NCBI GenBank assembly: GCA_009926125.1
Contig: RFPM01000001.1
Location: forward strand, 3,479-67,478
DNA length: 64,000 nucleotides
Source of the DNA: Flavobacteriales bacterium
Lineage (GTDB): Bacteria; Bacteroidota; Bacteroidia; Flavobacteriales_D; Crocinitomicaceae
Reading direction: 5' to 3'
The translations under genes were made by a program, and so were the position numbers. Within the stretch, counting starts at the first letter, position 1; each line of letters begins with the position of its first letter. Shown here one piece after another: positions 1 to 9,047 of this stretch. The notes under the pieces were generated by a model. That model worked only from the letters and a program-made list of their open reading frames with translations, made no database searches and was not told where the DNA came from.

Positions 1-2
1 AT

Positions 3-689
3 AAAGGAATTATGTTAGGTGATGTAAATGGAAGTTATGCTTCTTATACTGCTGATGGATTATTAAAATCTGAAGATGCACTAATTACTATTGATTTAAG
101 TCAAGCTGTAATTAATGGTAACAAGGTTACTGTTCCAGTAGTAATTACTTCAGACGAGCCTGTTAATGCATTAGACTTAGCATTTGAATTTAATGAAAGT
201 AAGTTATCTTTTGATAATGTTTCTGAGTTAGCTCAAAATATAGAAGCTGAAAGTTTTTTCAATCAAAATGATAGAACTTTCCGATATTCAGCATATACAT
301 TAGAAAACTTCAAATTAAATCAATCAGTTGCTTTAATTTCTTTTGAATCAACAGATGGTACAATTAACAAGAAAGATTTCCATTCATTAATGGGTCTTTT
401 AAATGGTAAGCCAGTTGATGTTTCTTTTGAAAAAGCAGGAATTACTTCATCTATTCTTGATAGAATTTCTATCTATCCTAATCCATCAAACGGGAACTTT
501 ACTGTAGTTTCTTCTGAGGATGTGAACATAGAAGTTTTGGAAATGAGTGGTAAATTATTGAAAGAAGTTTCTGTAAAATCAAATCAAGAGCAAGCAATTA
601 ATCTTGATAATGTTACTGCAGGAGTTTACTTAATTCGTGTTTTTAATCAGAATTCAAGTTCGACTCAAAGAATAGTTATTGCAAAATAA
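3..689 (+). CDS. Secreted protein, 5' end outside window: cohesin-like domain plus T9SS type-A C-terminal sorting domain
   Basis: The frame stays open from the window edge through the ATG at 12. The C-terminus ISIYPNPSNGNFTVV...GVYLIRVF...RIVIAK fits the Por_Secre_tail pattern. KVTVPVVITSDEPVNALDLAFEF is cohesin-like. Confidence 0.7.
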   Translation, partial: KGIMLGDVNGSYASYTADGLLKSEDALITIDLSQAVINGNKVTVPVVITSDEPVNALDLAFEFNESKLSFDNVSELAQNIEAESFFNQNDRTFRYSAYTLENFKLNQSVALISFESTDGTINKKDFHSLMGLLNGKPVDVSFEKAGITSSILDRISIYPNPSNGNFTVVSSEDVNIEVLEMSGKLLKEVSVKSNQEQAINLDNVTAGVYLIRVFNQNSSSTQRIVIAK

Positions 690-710
690 CAACCTTTTTT
701 TTTAGTTAAG

Positions 711-745
711 GAGAGTCGTGGCAGTATTGTCACGGCTTTCTTTAA
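711..745 (+). terminator. Putative intrinsic terminator after the first T9SS gene
   Basis: GAGAGTCGTG (711-720) pairs with CACGGCTTTC (731-740) as a 10-bp stem with two G-U pairs and a 10-nt loop. A T-rich tract follows. Confidence 0.4.
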
Positions 746-770
746 TTAATAGTGTTTTTTAATTATTAGG

Positions 771-1919
771 ATGAAAAAAATTGTACTATTATTTTTTTGT
801 ACTCAATTAATAAGTTTTACTTCTTTTTCTAGTTTATCTGATACAATTGTCTTTGATATCAGTCAAGCAACATATTCAAGCTTCAACAATGTTAATTTTA
901 TTGAGATTCCAGTTCAATTATCGGCTGGTAATAATTCTGTAAATTCTTTTGATTTTTGGTTTCAATTTGACCTATCAAAACTTTCATATATTTCTACAAC
1001 ATCTTTATTGAGTGGTTTAGATGCATTTTCTAATTTCAATAGCACAAATCTCTATTTAAGTAATACAACATCTGGAACATCAATAAATTACTTAATACCT
1101 TCGAATACAAATTTGATTATTTTAAAATTTATTGTTTTAGGATCTTGTACAGAAATAAATTCAAATGATTTCTATAATACATCAGCATTAATTAACGGAG
1201 ATTTAAGTAGTTCTATTTTTATCAATGGCGAAAATAATTTTGAGCTTACTGCAAGTGCTAGTTCTTCCTCTATTTGTATTGGTGCTAGTGTAACTCTTTT
1301 TGGTAGTGGTGCTACAACGTATACTTGGTCGAATGGTGTTACAAATGGCTTAGCATTTAATCCTGTTGAAACAACATCTTATTCTTTAATTGGAAGTGAT
1401 CCAAATGGCTGTCAAGATACTACAAGTATTAGTATAAGCGTATTTCCATTGCCAGATGTTACAGCAAATTCAAGTGCATCATTAGTTTGTTTGGGCCAAT
1501 CTGTTACTTTAAGTGGGAGTGGGGCAGCATCTTATTTTTGGTCAAATAGTGTTGTAAATGCAGAAAGTTTTGTTCCAACAATAACTACAACATATTTTAT
1601 TACAGGAACGGACTTAAATAATTGTTCTAACACTGATAGTATCGTCATTACAATTGACTTGTGTAACGGTATTTCAGATATAAATGAAAATTTATTTTTA
1701 GTCTATCCAAATCCCTCCGATGATTTTGTAACTATTCAAATAGTTAGTAATTTGGTAAATTCTAACTATAGAATTTCAAATAATGAAGGAAAAATAATGT
1801 TGAATGGCACTTTAAATTCAATAGAAACCAAAATTGATTTATCTGGTCTTAAGCCTGGAGTTTACCTTTTTTGTTTTGGCGAGGACTATTATGAAAAAAT
1901 TAAATTATTAGTTAATTAG
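771..1919 (+). CDS. T9SS-sorted secreted protein with cohesin-like N-domain and two Ig-like repeats
   Basis: Signal peptide MKKIVLLFFCTQLISFTSFS. Two repeats of the form CxGxSVTLxGSGAxxYxWSN. C-terminal LVYPNPSDDFVTIQ...GVYLFCF sorting domain. Confidence 0.7.
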   Translation: MKKIVLLFFCTQLISFTSFSSLSDTIVFDISQATYSSFNNVNFIEIPVQLSAGNNSVNSFDFWFQFDLSKLSYISTTSLLSGLDAFSNFNSTNLYLSNTTSGTSINYLIPSNTNLIILKFIVLGSCTEINSNDFYNTSALINGDLSSSIFINGENNFELTASASSSSICIGASVTLFGSGATTYTWSNGVTNGLAFNPVETTSYSLIGSDPNGCQDTTSISISVFPLPDVTANSSASLVCLGQSVTLSGSGAASYFWSNSVVNAESFVPTITTTYFITGTDLNNCSNTDSIVITIDLCNGISDINENLFLVYPNPSDDFVTIQIVSNLVNSNYRISNNEGKIMLNGTLNSIETKIDLSGLKPGVYLFCFGEDYYEKIKLLVN

Positions 1920-1981
1920 AGATTGACAAAAAAAATCTGCTTGAGTAATAAACCTGATAAATCTAAACCCCATAATTTATT

Positions 1982-4015
1982 ATGAATATAATAAACAGAG
2001 AGCTAAGTTGGCTTTCCTTTAATGAAAGAGTTCTTCAGGAAGCTTTAGATCCAATTGTACCACTAACTGAGCGCATGCGGTTTTTAGGAATCTATTCGAA
2101 TAATATGGATGAATTTTATAGAGTTAGAGTTGCAAATTTAAAACGGTTAGAGCATTTAAAAAAACAAAAAATTGATGGCTTTAATGGCAATGCTGAGCAA
2201 CTTTATCAAGAGATTCGAAAAGTTGTAATGAAGCAACAAAAGCAATTTGAAAATGCATTTATACTAATAAAAGATGATTTTGAGAAGGAAAATATATTTA
2301 TGCTGAATGAAATTAAAGTGAGTAATAAACAATCAATAATTATAAAAGATTATTTCAATCAAAACTTAAAGCACGTTATTTTCCCAATTATTTTAGAAAA
2401 AAAAAATAACTTTCCACGACTTCGTGATTATGCTATTTATTTGGCTGTTAAAATTGTAGAATCAAAGAATAAAATTCGCTTTGCATTAATTCAAATTCCA
2501 AGTGAATACAGTCGTTTTTTTGTTTTAAATGAGGAAAATAGAATTGATTTTATTTTAATTGATGATATTATTCGTCTTCAGCTTAAAGAAATTTTCTCAA
2601 TCTTTAATCCGATTGAGATTATGGCATATACTTTTAAGTTTACAAGGGATGCTGAATTAGACATCGATGATGATTTATCTTTGTCTTTTTTTGATAAAAT
2701 AGAAAAAAGTTTGAAGCAAAGAAAGAAAGGAGATCCTGTTCGTTTTGTTTATGACTCTAAAATGCCAAGCGATTTATTAAAATTCCTTATAAAATCTCTA
2801 GGTATAAATAGTACAAACAATAAAATTCCAGGTGGTCGATACCACAATTTTAAAGACTTTATGTCCTTTCCAGATTTTAACATCAAAAAGTTTAGATATC
2901 AACCTGAACCAAAACAAGCACATCCTCTATTTTTAAGTGAAAAAAGCCACATAGATATAATTTTAGAACAAGATGTATTATTGCATTTTCCATATCAAAA
3001 ATTTGATCACGTAGTAGATTTACTTCGTGAAGCGGCTTTAGATCCAAAGGTGAAAGATATTAAAATTAATATTTACAGAATTGCTAAGAATTCAGATGTG
3101 ATGAATGCTCTATTAGCGTGTATTTTTAATGGAAAGGAAGTTACTGTAGTTTTTGAATTACAAGCTCGTTTTGACGAAGAAAATAATCTTTGGTGGAGTA
3201 ATAGACTTAAAGAATTTGGTGTAAATGTGATTTATGGCTCACCAAACTTAAAAATTCATTCTAAACTTCTCCAAATTAGAAAAATTATAGATGGAAAAGA
3301 TCAATATGTCACGTTTGTAGGTACTGGAAATTTTAATGAAAAAACTGCAAGTATTTATTCAGATTTGGCACTTCTAACTTCAGATCGAGAAATTTCATTG
3401 GAAGTGAATAAAGTATTTAAATTATTGGAGAACAATCTAGAAAGATATCAATTCCGTAATCTATTGGTTTCTCCTTTTAATACAAGAAGAAAATTAATTT
3501 CTTATATAGATAATGAAATAGCAAATGCTAAAGCAAAAAAAAGTGCAAGCATTAAAATCAAAATAAATAATATTACAGACATTAAAATTATTGAAAAACT
3601 CTATTATGCAAGTCAATGCGGTGTAAAGATTCAAATGATTATTCGTGGTATTTGCTGTATGAAGCCTGGCGTAAAAGGATTAAGCGATAACATAGAAGCT
3701 ATTAGTCTTGTTGATCGCTATTTAGAACACTCCCGTTTTTTTATTTTTGAAAACAATGGTCAAGCTATCTATATTATATCAAGTGCAGATTTGATGCAGC
3801 GAAATTTAGATCAGCGTATTGAAGTAGGCGTGGTCATTAAGGACATTAAAATCCAAGCTGAAATTCAACGTATTTTTGATTTTCAGTGGAGAGGAAGTAT
3901 AAAGGCAAGAAGTATTCTCGCTGACATGAAAAATACTTACTCTAAAAGAGATTTACCTCCATTTCATGCTCAAGGTGAGTTGTATAAAAGTTATATTCTT
4001 GAGAATAAAGATTAA
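1982..4015 (+). CDS. ppk1: Polyphosphate kinase 1
   Basis: 677 aa. N-terminus NRELSWLSFNERVLQEA is classic PPK1. Two PLD-like C-domains are present (NLKIHSKLL, YLEHSRFFIF). Confidence 0.93.
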   Translation: MNIINRELSWLSFNERVLQEALDPIVPLTERMRFLGIYSNNMDEFYRVRVANLKRLEHLKKQKIDGFNGNAEQLYQEIRKVVMKQQKQFENAFILIKDDFEKENIFMLNEIKVSNKQSIIIKDYFNQNLKHVIFPIILEKKNNFPRLRDYAIYLAVKIVESKNKIRFALIQIPSEYSRFFVLNEENRIDFILIDDIIRLQLKEIFSIFNPIEIMAYTFKFTRDAELDIDDDLSLSFFDKIEKSLKQRKKGDPVRFVYDSKMPSDLLKFLIKSLGINSTNNKIPGGRYHNFKDFMSFPDFNIKKFRYQPEPKQAHPLFLSEKSHIDIILEQDVLLHFPYQKFDHVVDLLREAALDPKVKDIKINIYRIAKNSDVMNALLACIFNGKEVTVVFELQARFDEENNLWWSNRLKEFGVNVIYGSPNLKIHSKLLQIRKIIDGKDQYVTFVGTGNFNEKTASIYSDLALLTSDREISLEVNKVFKLLENNLERYQFRNLLVSPFNTRRKLISYIDNEIANAKAKKSASIKIKINNITDIKIIEKLYYASQCGVKIQMIIRGICCMKPGVKGLSDNIEAISLVDRYLEHSRFFIFENNGQAIYIISSADLMQRNLDQRIEVGVVIKDIKIQAEIQRIFDFQWRGSIKARSILADMKNTYSKRDLPPFHAQGELYKSYILENKD

Positions 4016-5079
4016 AACAAATATTTTAGTACTGATAGCTTTTCAAAGGTTGTTTTATCTAAATTAAAAGTCTCTCTTTTAGATTTCACATAGTTTTGCT
4101 CAAATTCAGTAAGTATGTTCTGAATAATACTATCAGTTTGATCTAAATAAGTTACTTTATTACACGGACCTTGATTTAACCATAAATTAATTGTTCTGTA
4201 ATTAATTAAATCGAGGTTTTCTATCATGCTTACACCTAAATTCTGCGCAGCAATGGCATTGCAGTGTTGCTCATATTGTCCTTTTAATGGAATAACCATT
4301 ATTTTTTTTTCCAGGAAAAGTGCCTCAGCAGGTAGTTCAAAACCAGCTCCGCAAAGAACACCTGTAGAATTTGTAAAGCTTTTATTAAAACAAGTGTTAT
4401 CAATTGGAAAAAAATGAACATTGTCTTCTTGCCATTTATTTTTTGAATATTTTGAGAAAACCTCCCACTTTACTGGAAATTGTTTTAAAAATTGAAGTAA
4501 AATATCATCGTGATAAGCAGGTAGATAAACCGTGTAATGCCCCATTTTTTTTGGTTCTGACTCACGAATGCTACTTCTTATAACTGGTGTAAAAATAGTA
4601 TTGTCATATGACTCAAAGTGAAAACCTATTTTTTCTTTGGTAGGACAGTAGTGATTTAAAATATATTTCCCGATGCGATTTTCAATTTTTGACTTTGGTG
4701 CTTTTGAATTTATCACCGCCGCTTGGTGACTCATTTCAATACATGGAACTCCATGCATTAGAGCTGACCAAGCAGAAACTGGTTCAAAGTCAGTAATGAC
4801 TAAGTCAAAATTGGAAATTGGAAATTGCCGTATCTCATTTATGAAATCTATAGGGTGGGACTTTAAAACTGTCCGTAATAGATCAATTTTTCCAGTTTTT
4901 CCGCTTAAGAATGTCAGACCTGTTTTTTTATAATTAATTTCAAAATTTGATTGAATTTGAGATTGGTTTCCACTCACAAGAACTGTGGTATCAACGTATT
5001 TATTTAAAATAGGGACAATTTCTTCAGCTCTACTTAAGTGGCCATTCCCAGTGCCTTGTATTGCATATAGTACTTTCAT
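4012..5079 (-). CDS. Glycosyltransferase, MJ1255/GT28-like family
   Basis: N-terminus MKVLYAIQGTGNGHLSRA is typical of this uncharacterised GT-B family. Its stop shares the TTAA tetranucleotide with the convergent ppk1 stop. Confidence 0.6.
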   Translation of the reverse strand: MKVLYAIQGTGNGHLSRAEEIVPILNKYVDTTVLVSGNQSQIQSNFEINYKKTGLTFLSGKTGKIDLLRTVLKSHPIDFINEIRQFPISNFDLVITDFEPVSAWSALMHGVPCIEMSHQAAVINSKAPKSKIENRIGKYILNHYCPTKEKIGFHFESYDNTIFTPVIRSSIRESEPKKMGHYTVYLPAYHDDILLQFLKQFPVKWEVFSKYSKNKWQEDNVHFFPIDNTCFNKSFTNSTGVLCGAGFELPAEALFLEKKIMVIPLKGQYEQHCNAIAAQNLGVSMIENLDLINYRTINLWLNQGPCNKVTYLDQTDSIIQNILTEFEQNYVKSKRETFNLDKTTFEKLSVLKYLF

Positions 5080-5957
5080 TCTCTCTGGAAATTTAAATTA
5101 GAAACTACTTCTTTTATGATCTGATCGTAGCTTAAAGCATCTTTGAAATAATCGCTTTTATCATAAGCCTCAGACTTTTTCGGGTTAGAAATATGTTGAT
5201 ATAAGGTCCATTCTCCATCATTGTATTCTAATGAAGTTGAATTTTCAACCCAATCGCCAGAATTTAGATAAGTAACAGATTCCCCTTTGGAATTAGTAAA
5301 TTTTTTAATTTTAGGTTGATGAATATGCCCACAAACAACAAACGAATAATTATTCTTTATAGCGATATCTGCAACTGTCTCCTCAAAATTATTAACAAAT
5401 TTAATTACACCTTTTACACTATCTTTAACTTTTTTAGACAAGGATATTCTTCCTCTACCAAGTTTTTCACTAACCCAATTAACAATTGTATTAATCATAA
5501 TTAGTAGGTCGTAACCTTTTCCACCTAGTTTTGCTAGCCATTTCGAGTTTTTCATTGCCGTATCGAATACATCACCATGGAAAATCCATGCTTTTCCGGT
5601 TTTAAGATTTAAAATCAGCTTATTTTGAATTTCAAATAATCCAATATTGAACCCTTTAAATTTCCGAAGCATTTCATCGTGGTTTCCAGTTATGTAATAC
5701 ACCTTTGTTCCATTAGATAATAAAGAAGTTATTTCTTTAATAACTTGCATATGTTCTGTTGGGAAATAATGCTTTCTAAATTGCCAAATATCAATGATGT
5801 CACCATTTAACACTAATGTTTCTGGTTGAATAGAACGAAGGTAGACGATTAATTCCCTTGCCCTAGATCCGAAGGTGCCTAAATGAATGTCAGATATTAC
5901 GACTAATTCAACATGTCTTTTTTTATCCATTATTATTTTTTTAGTAAAATTATCCAT
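5076..5957 (-). CDS. LpxH-like calcineurin-type metallophosphoesterase (putative UDP-2,3-diacylglucosamine diphosphatase)
   Basis: Motifs SDIHLG, NGDIIDIW, GNHD and GHIH. There is a 4-nt overlap with the downstream GT start. An alternative start at 5930 is possible. Confidence 0.65.
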   Translation of the reverse strand: MDNFTKKIIMDKKRHVELVVISDIHLGTFGSRARELIVYLRSIQPETLVLNGDIIDIWQFRKHYFPTEHMQVIKEITSLLSNGTKVYYITGNHDEMLRKFKGFNIGLFEIQNKLILNLKTGKAWIFHGDVFDTAMKNSKWLAKLGGKGYDLLIMINTIVNWVSEKLGRGRISLSKKVKDSVKGVIKFVNNFEETVADIAIKNNYSFVVCGHIHQPKIKKFTNSKGESVTYLNSGDWVENSTSLEYNDGEWTLYQHISNPKKSEAYDKSDYFKDALSYDQIIKEVVSNLNFQRE

Positions 5958-6263
5958 GTAGATCGATACTTATATTAAGCCATTTTTAAGGAATTAAAAG
6001 TTATAACATTAAAAATGTTGATAGTATCAGTAGGATAATATTGAGGTAACAAAAAGAAAATAGTGCTTAAGACTATATATTTATGAGGGGGGCAAAAATT
6101 AATTTTTAAGTGAATTTGGTTTTTTAGCACATTTTATGTTGAAGATTTAAAATCAATCAGGGTAGTATTTAATTATTATTATCTTTTCCATTTCTCTTTC
6201 AATATCATTTTGCATCTTTATAGGATTTAGAAAACTATTTATCATTTTTTTTGTTTGTAAAAT

Positions 6264-7382
6264 ATGAATGAAAATTTCAAATCAGGTTTTATTTTTACTC
6301 CTTACAAAGCACCTGAGCAATCTGATTTTGAGAGACTTTTTGACATTTTTAGTGAATTAATTACGCACACATCTGGTGATGTGGATGAAGCGCTGAATTG
6401 GTTTAAGATTTTAGATGAAGAATATAAATTGACGAATGAAGAGTATACGCTGGATGATTTTTTGGACGATTTAAAAAAGAAAGGCTACCTCAAGGAAGAA
6501 ATTAAAGCAAAAGGTCCAGCTTCCTTAAAAATCACAGCAAAAACAGAACGCACACTTCGTAAAAATGCAATGCAACAGCTCTTTGGAAATATTAAAAAAA
6601 GTGGTTCTGGTAATCATAAATCGAAGAAAAGTGGTCAGGGAGACGAAGCGACAGGTGAATTTAGGAATTTCCAATTCGGAGATAGTATTGAACAAATATC
6701 AATTACTGAAAGCTTAAAAAATGCACAAATCAATCATGGAATTGTTGAGTTTAAATTATCTGAAGAGGACTTGATTATTGAAGATACTCACCATAAATCT
6801 CAAATGAGTACAGTCCTGATGATTGATATCAGTCACAGTATGATTTTATATGGTGAAGACCGAATCACACCAGCCAAAAAAGTGGCCATGGCTTTAGCAG
6901 AACTCATTACCACGCGCTACCCAAAAGATACCTTGGATGTAATTGTATTTGGAGATGACGCTTGGCCCATAAAAGTTAAAGATTTACCTTATCTTCAAGT
7001 GGGGCCTTATCATACCAATACTGTTGCTGGTTTAGCGCTAGCAATGGATATTTTAAGGCGAAAAAGAAATACCAATAAACAAATCTTTATGATCACAGAT
7101 GGAAAGCCTAGCTGCGTTCGAATGCCGGATGGACAATACTATAAAAATAGCAACGGATTGGATCAATTTATTGTCGATAAGTGCTACACAATGGCAGCTC
7201 AAGCGCGAAAATTACATATTCCAATTACAACATTTATGATCGCACAAGATCCTTATCTTAAGTCTTTTATTGAAGAATTTACAAAATCAAATAAAGGAAA
7301 AGCTTTTTTTACAGGACTAAAAGGACTAGGAGAGATGATTTTTCACGATTATGAAAGCAACCGAAAAAAACGAATTAACTAA
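6264..7382 (+). CDS. VWA domain protein with acidic helical N-terminal half
   Basis: MIDAS motif DISHS inside MIDISHSM. ITDGKPS is typical of the VWA fold. The N-terminal region is acidic (EEYTLDDFLDDL). Confidence 0.8.
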   Translation: MNENFKSGFIFTPYKAPEQSDFERLFDIFSELITHTSGDVDEALNWFKILDEEYKLTNEEYTLDDFLDDLKKKGYLKEEIKAKGPASLKITAKTERTLRKNAMQQLFGNIKKSGSGNHKSKKSGQGDEATGEFRNFQFGDSIEQISITESLKNAQINHGIVEFKLSEEDLIIEDTHHKSQMSTVLMIDISHSMILYGEDRITPAKKVAMALAELITTRYPKDTLDVIVFGDDAWPIKVKDLPYLQVGPYHTNTVAGLALAMDILRRKRNTNKQIFMITDGKPSCVRMPDGQYYKNSNGLDQFIVDKCYTMAAQARKLHIPITTFMIAQDPYLKSFIEEFTKSNKGKAFFTGLKGLGEMIFHDYESNRKKRIN

Positions 7383-7386
7383 TACT

Positions 7387-8847
7387 ATGAATACTACTTT
7401 AAAAACAATAGGTGATTTAAAAAAATCAAAGTATATCTCCAAATCTATTAAAACAGAGTTAAGGGATAATTTGATTGTAGCACTTCAAGCAGGTAAAAAA
7501 TCATTTGAGGGAATGCACGGTTACGAACAAACTGTCATACCACAATTAGAACGAGCAATCTTATCGAAACATAATATCAATTTATTGGGCTTGAGAGGAC
7601 AAGGGAAAACAAGAATAGCAAGGCTAATGATTCAGTTATTAGACGAATACATTCCAATTGTTGCTGGAAGTGAAATCAATGACGACCCCTTTGTTCCAAT
7701 TAGTCGTTATGCTAAAGATATTATACGTGAAAAAGGAGACTCAACTCCAATTGAATGGCTGCATAGAGATGATCGGTTTTTTGAAAAGTTGGCAACTCCT
7801 GATGTCACAATTGCCGACCTGATTGGTGATATTGATCCCATTAAAGCCGCAAATTTAAAACTGAGTTATGCCGATGATAGGGTCTTGCATTTTGGAATGA
7901 TTCCACGCGCAAATCGCTGTCTATTTGTAATAAATGAATTACCGGATTTACAAGCTAGAATTCAAGTTGCGCTCTTTAATATTTTGGAAGAAGTCGACAT
8001 ACAAATTCGTGGCTTCAAATTAAGAATGTCCTTAGACGTTCAGTTTGTATTTACTGCCAATCCAGAGGATTATACCAACAGGGGAAGTATTGTTACGCCC
8101 CTTAAGGATCGAATCGGCTCGCAAATACTCACACATTACGCGTATGATTTACCGACTGCAAAACGTATAACGAAACAAGAAACTGAAAAATCTGATAGTC
8201 GAGCAATTGAAGTTTATGTTCCGGAACTTGCCAAAGATTTACTTGAGCAAATTGCTTTTGAAGCGCGTGTTAGCGAATTCGTTGACCCCAAGAGTGGTGT
8301 AAGTGCTCGCATGAGTATTACGGGTTATGAGAACTTAATTAGCACCGCAGAACGGCGCTCACTGCTGAATGGGGAAAATCAAACCTCAGTGCGTTTTAGT
8401 GATTTAATGGGGATGATTCCATCTATTACAGGAAAGGTTGAGTTAGTGTATGAAGGCGAACAAGAAGGTAGTGATTTTGTGGCAAATCACCTGATAAGTG
8501 AAGCGACCAAAACCTTATTTTTAATGTATTTTCCAAAAATTGAAAAACTTAAAAAGCCGAATCAAACTTCAGTATATGATGCAGTAGTAGATTGGTTCAT
8601 ACAAGCTGATAACATCGAACTTTCAGATGAAGCCACGAATAAGGATTATCAAAAAGTATTGTCAACATTGAAACCACTTGATGAACTACTGCGCATGTAT
8701 CAACCAAAACTGGCTAAAGAGGATGTGAATTTCTTGAAGGAATTTATACTTTGGGCCTTAGTTGAACTTAAGCAGCTTTCAAAGAAGCGGACTGAGAATG
8801 GCATTCTTTTTAATGATGTGTTTGATAGTTATATCAAAAGTATGTAG
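7387..8847 (+). CDS. ChlI/BchI-like AAA+ ATPase (often annotated as sigma-54-interacting or Mg-chelatase-like)
   Basis: Walker A GLRGQGKTRIA. ANRCLFVINELPDL, TANPEDY and PLKDRIG align to the BchI core. I prefer the ATG at 7387 (4 nt after the VWA stop) to the overlapping ATG at 7351. Confidence 0.8.
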   Translation: MNTTLKTIGDLKKSKYISKSIKTELRDNLIVALQAGKKSFEGMHGYEQTVIPQLERAILSKHNINLLGLRGQGKTRIARLMIQLLDEYIPIVAGSEINDDPFVPISRYAKDIIREKGDSTPIEWLHRDDRFFEKLATPDVTIADLIGDIDPIKAANLKLSYADDRVLHFGMIPRANRCLFVINELPDLQARIQVALFNILEEVDIQIRGFKLRMSLDVQFVFTANPEDYTNRGSIVTPLKDRIGSQILTHYAYDLPTAKRITKQETEKSDSRAIEVYVPELAKDLLEQIAFEARVSEFVDPKSGVSARMSITGYENLISTAERRSLLNGENQTSVRFSDLMGMIPSITGKVELVYEGEQEGSDFVANHLISEATKTLFLMYFPKIEKLKKPNQTSVYDAVVDWFIQADNIELSDEATNKDYQKVLSTLKPLDELLRMYQPKLAKEDVNFLKEFILWALVELKQLSKKRTENGILFNDVFDSYIKSM

Positions 8848-9047
8848 TTCATTACACAGTTTACTAGCAGTAATTTGCCGTAAAATTAAGATTTCAATAT
8901 CCTACAGTGCTTATTTCTATTAGATATCTAATTAAAAAAGTTTAATAATATTAAAAAGAAATATTCTTCTTATTTTTTGGTCTATCTTTACACAAATTCT
9001 AGGTCTTTCAATTAAAATATTTGTCAAGCGTAGAATTATTTACGATT

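Noticed and set aside
6094-6107. Perfect 14-nt palindrome AAAAATTAATTTTT in the 306-bp intergenic region upstream of the VWA gene
   Set aside because: It is composed only of A and T in a roughly one-third GC genome, so it is expected by chance. No flanking features support an operator or hairpin.
7351-7386. Longer start for the AAA+ gene, overlapping the VWA gene by 32 nt
   Set aside because: The ATG at 7387, 4 nt after the VWA stop, gives a compact coupled arrangement. The extra 12 residues (MKATEKNELTNT) add nothing recognisable. This is kept as an alternative only.
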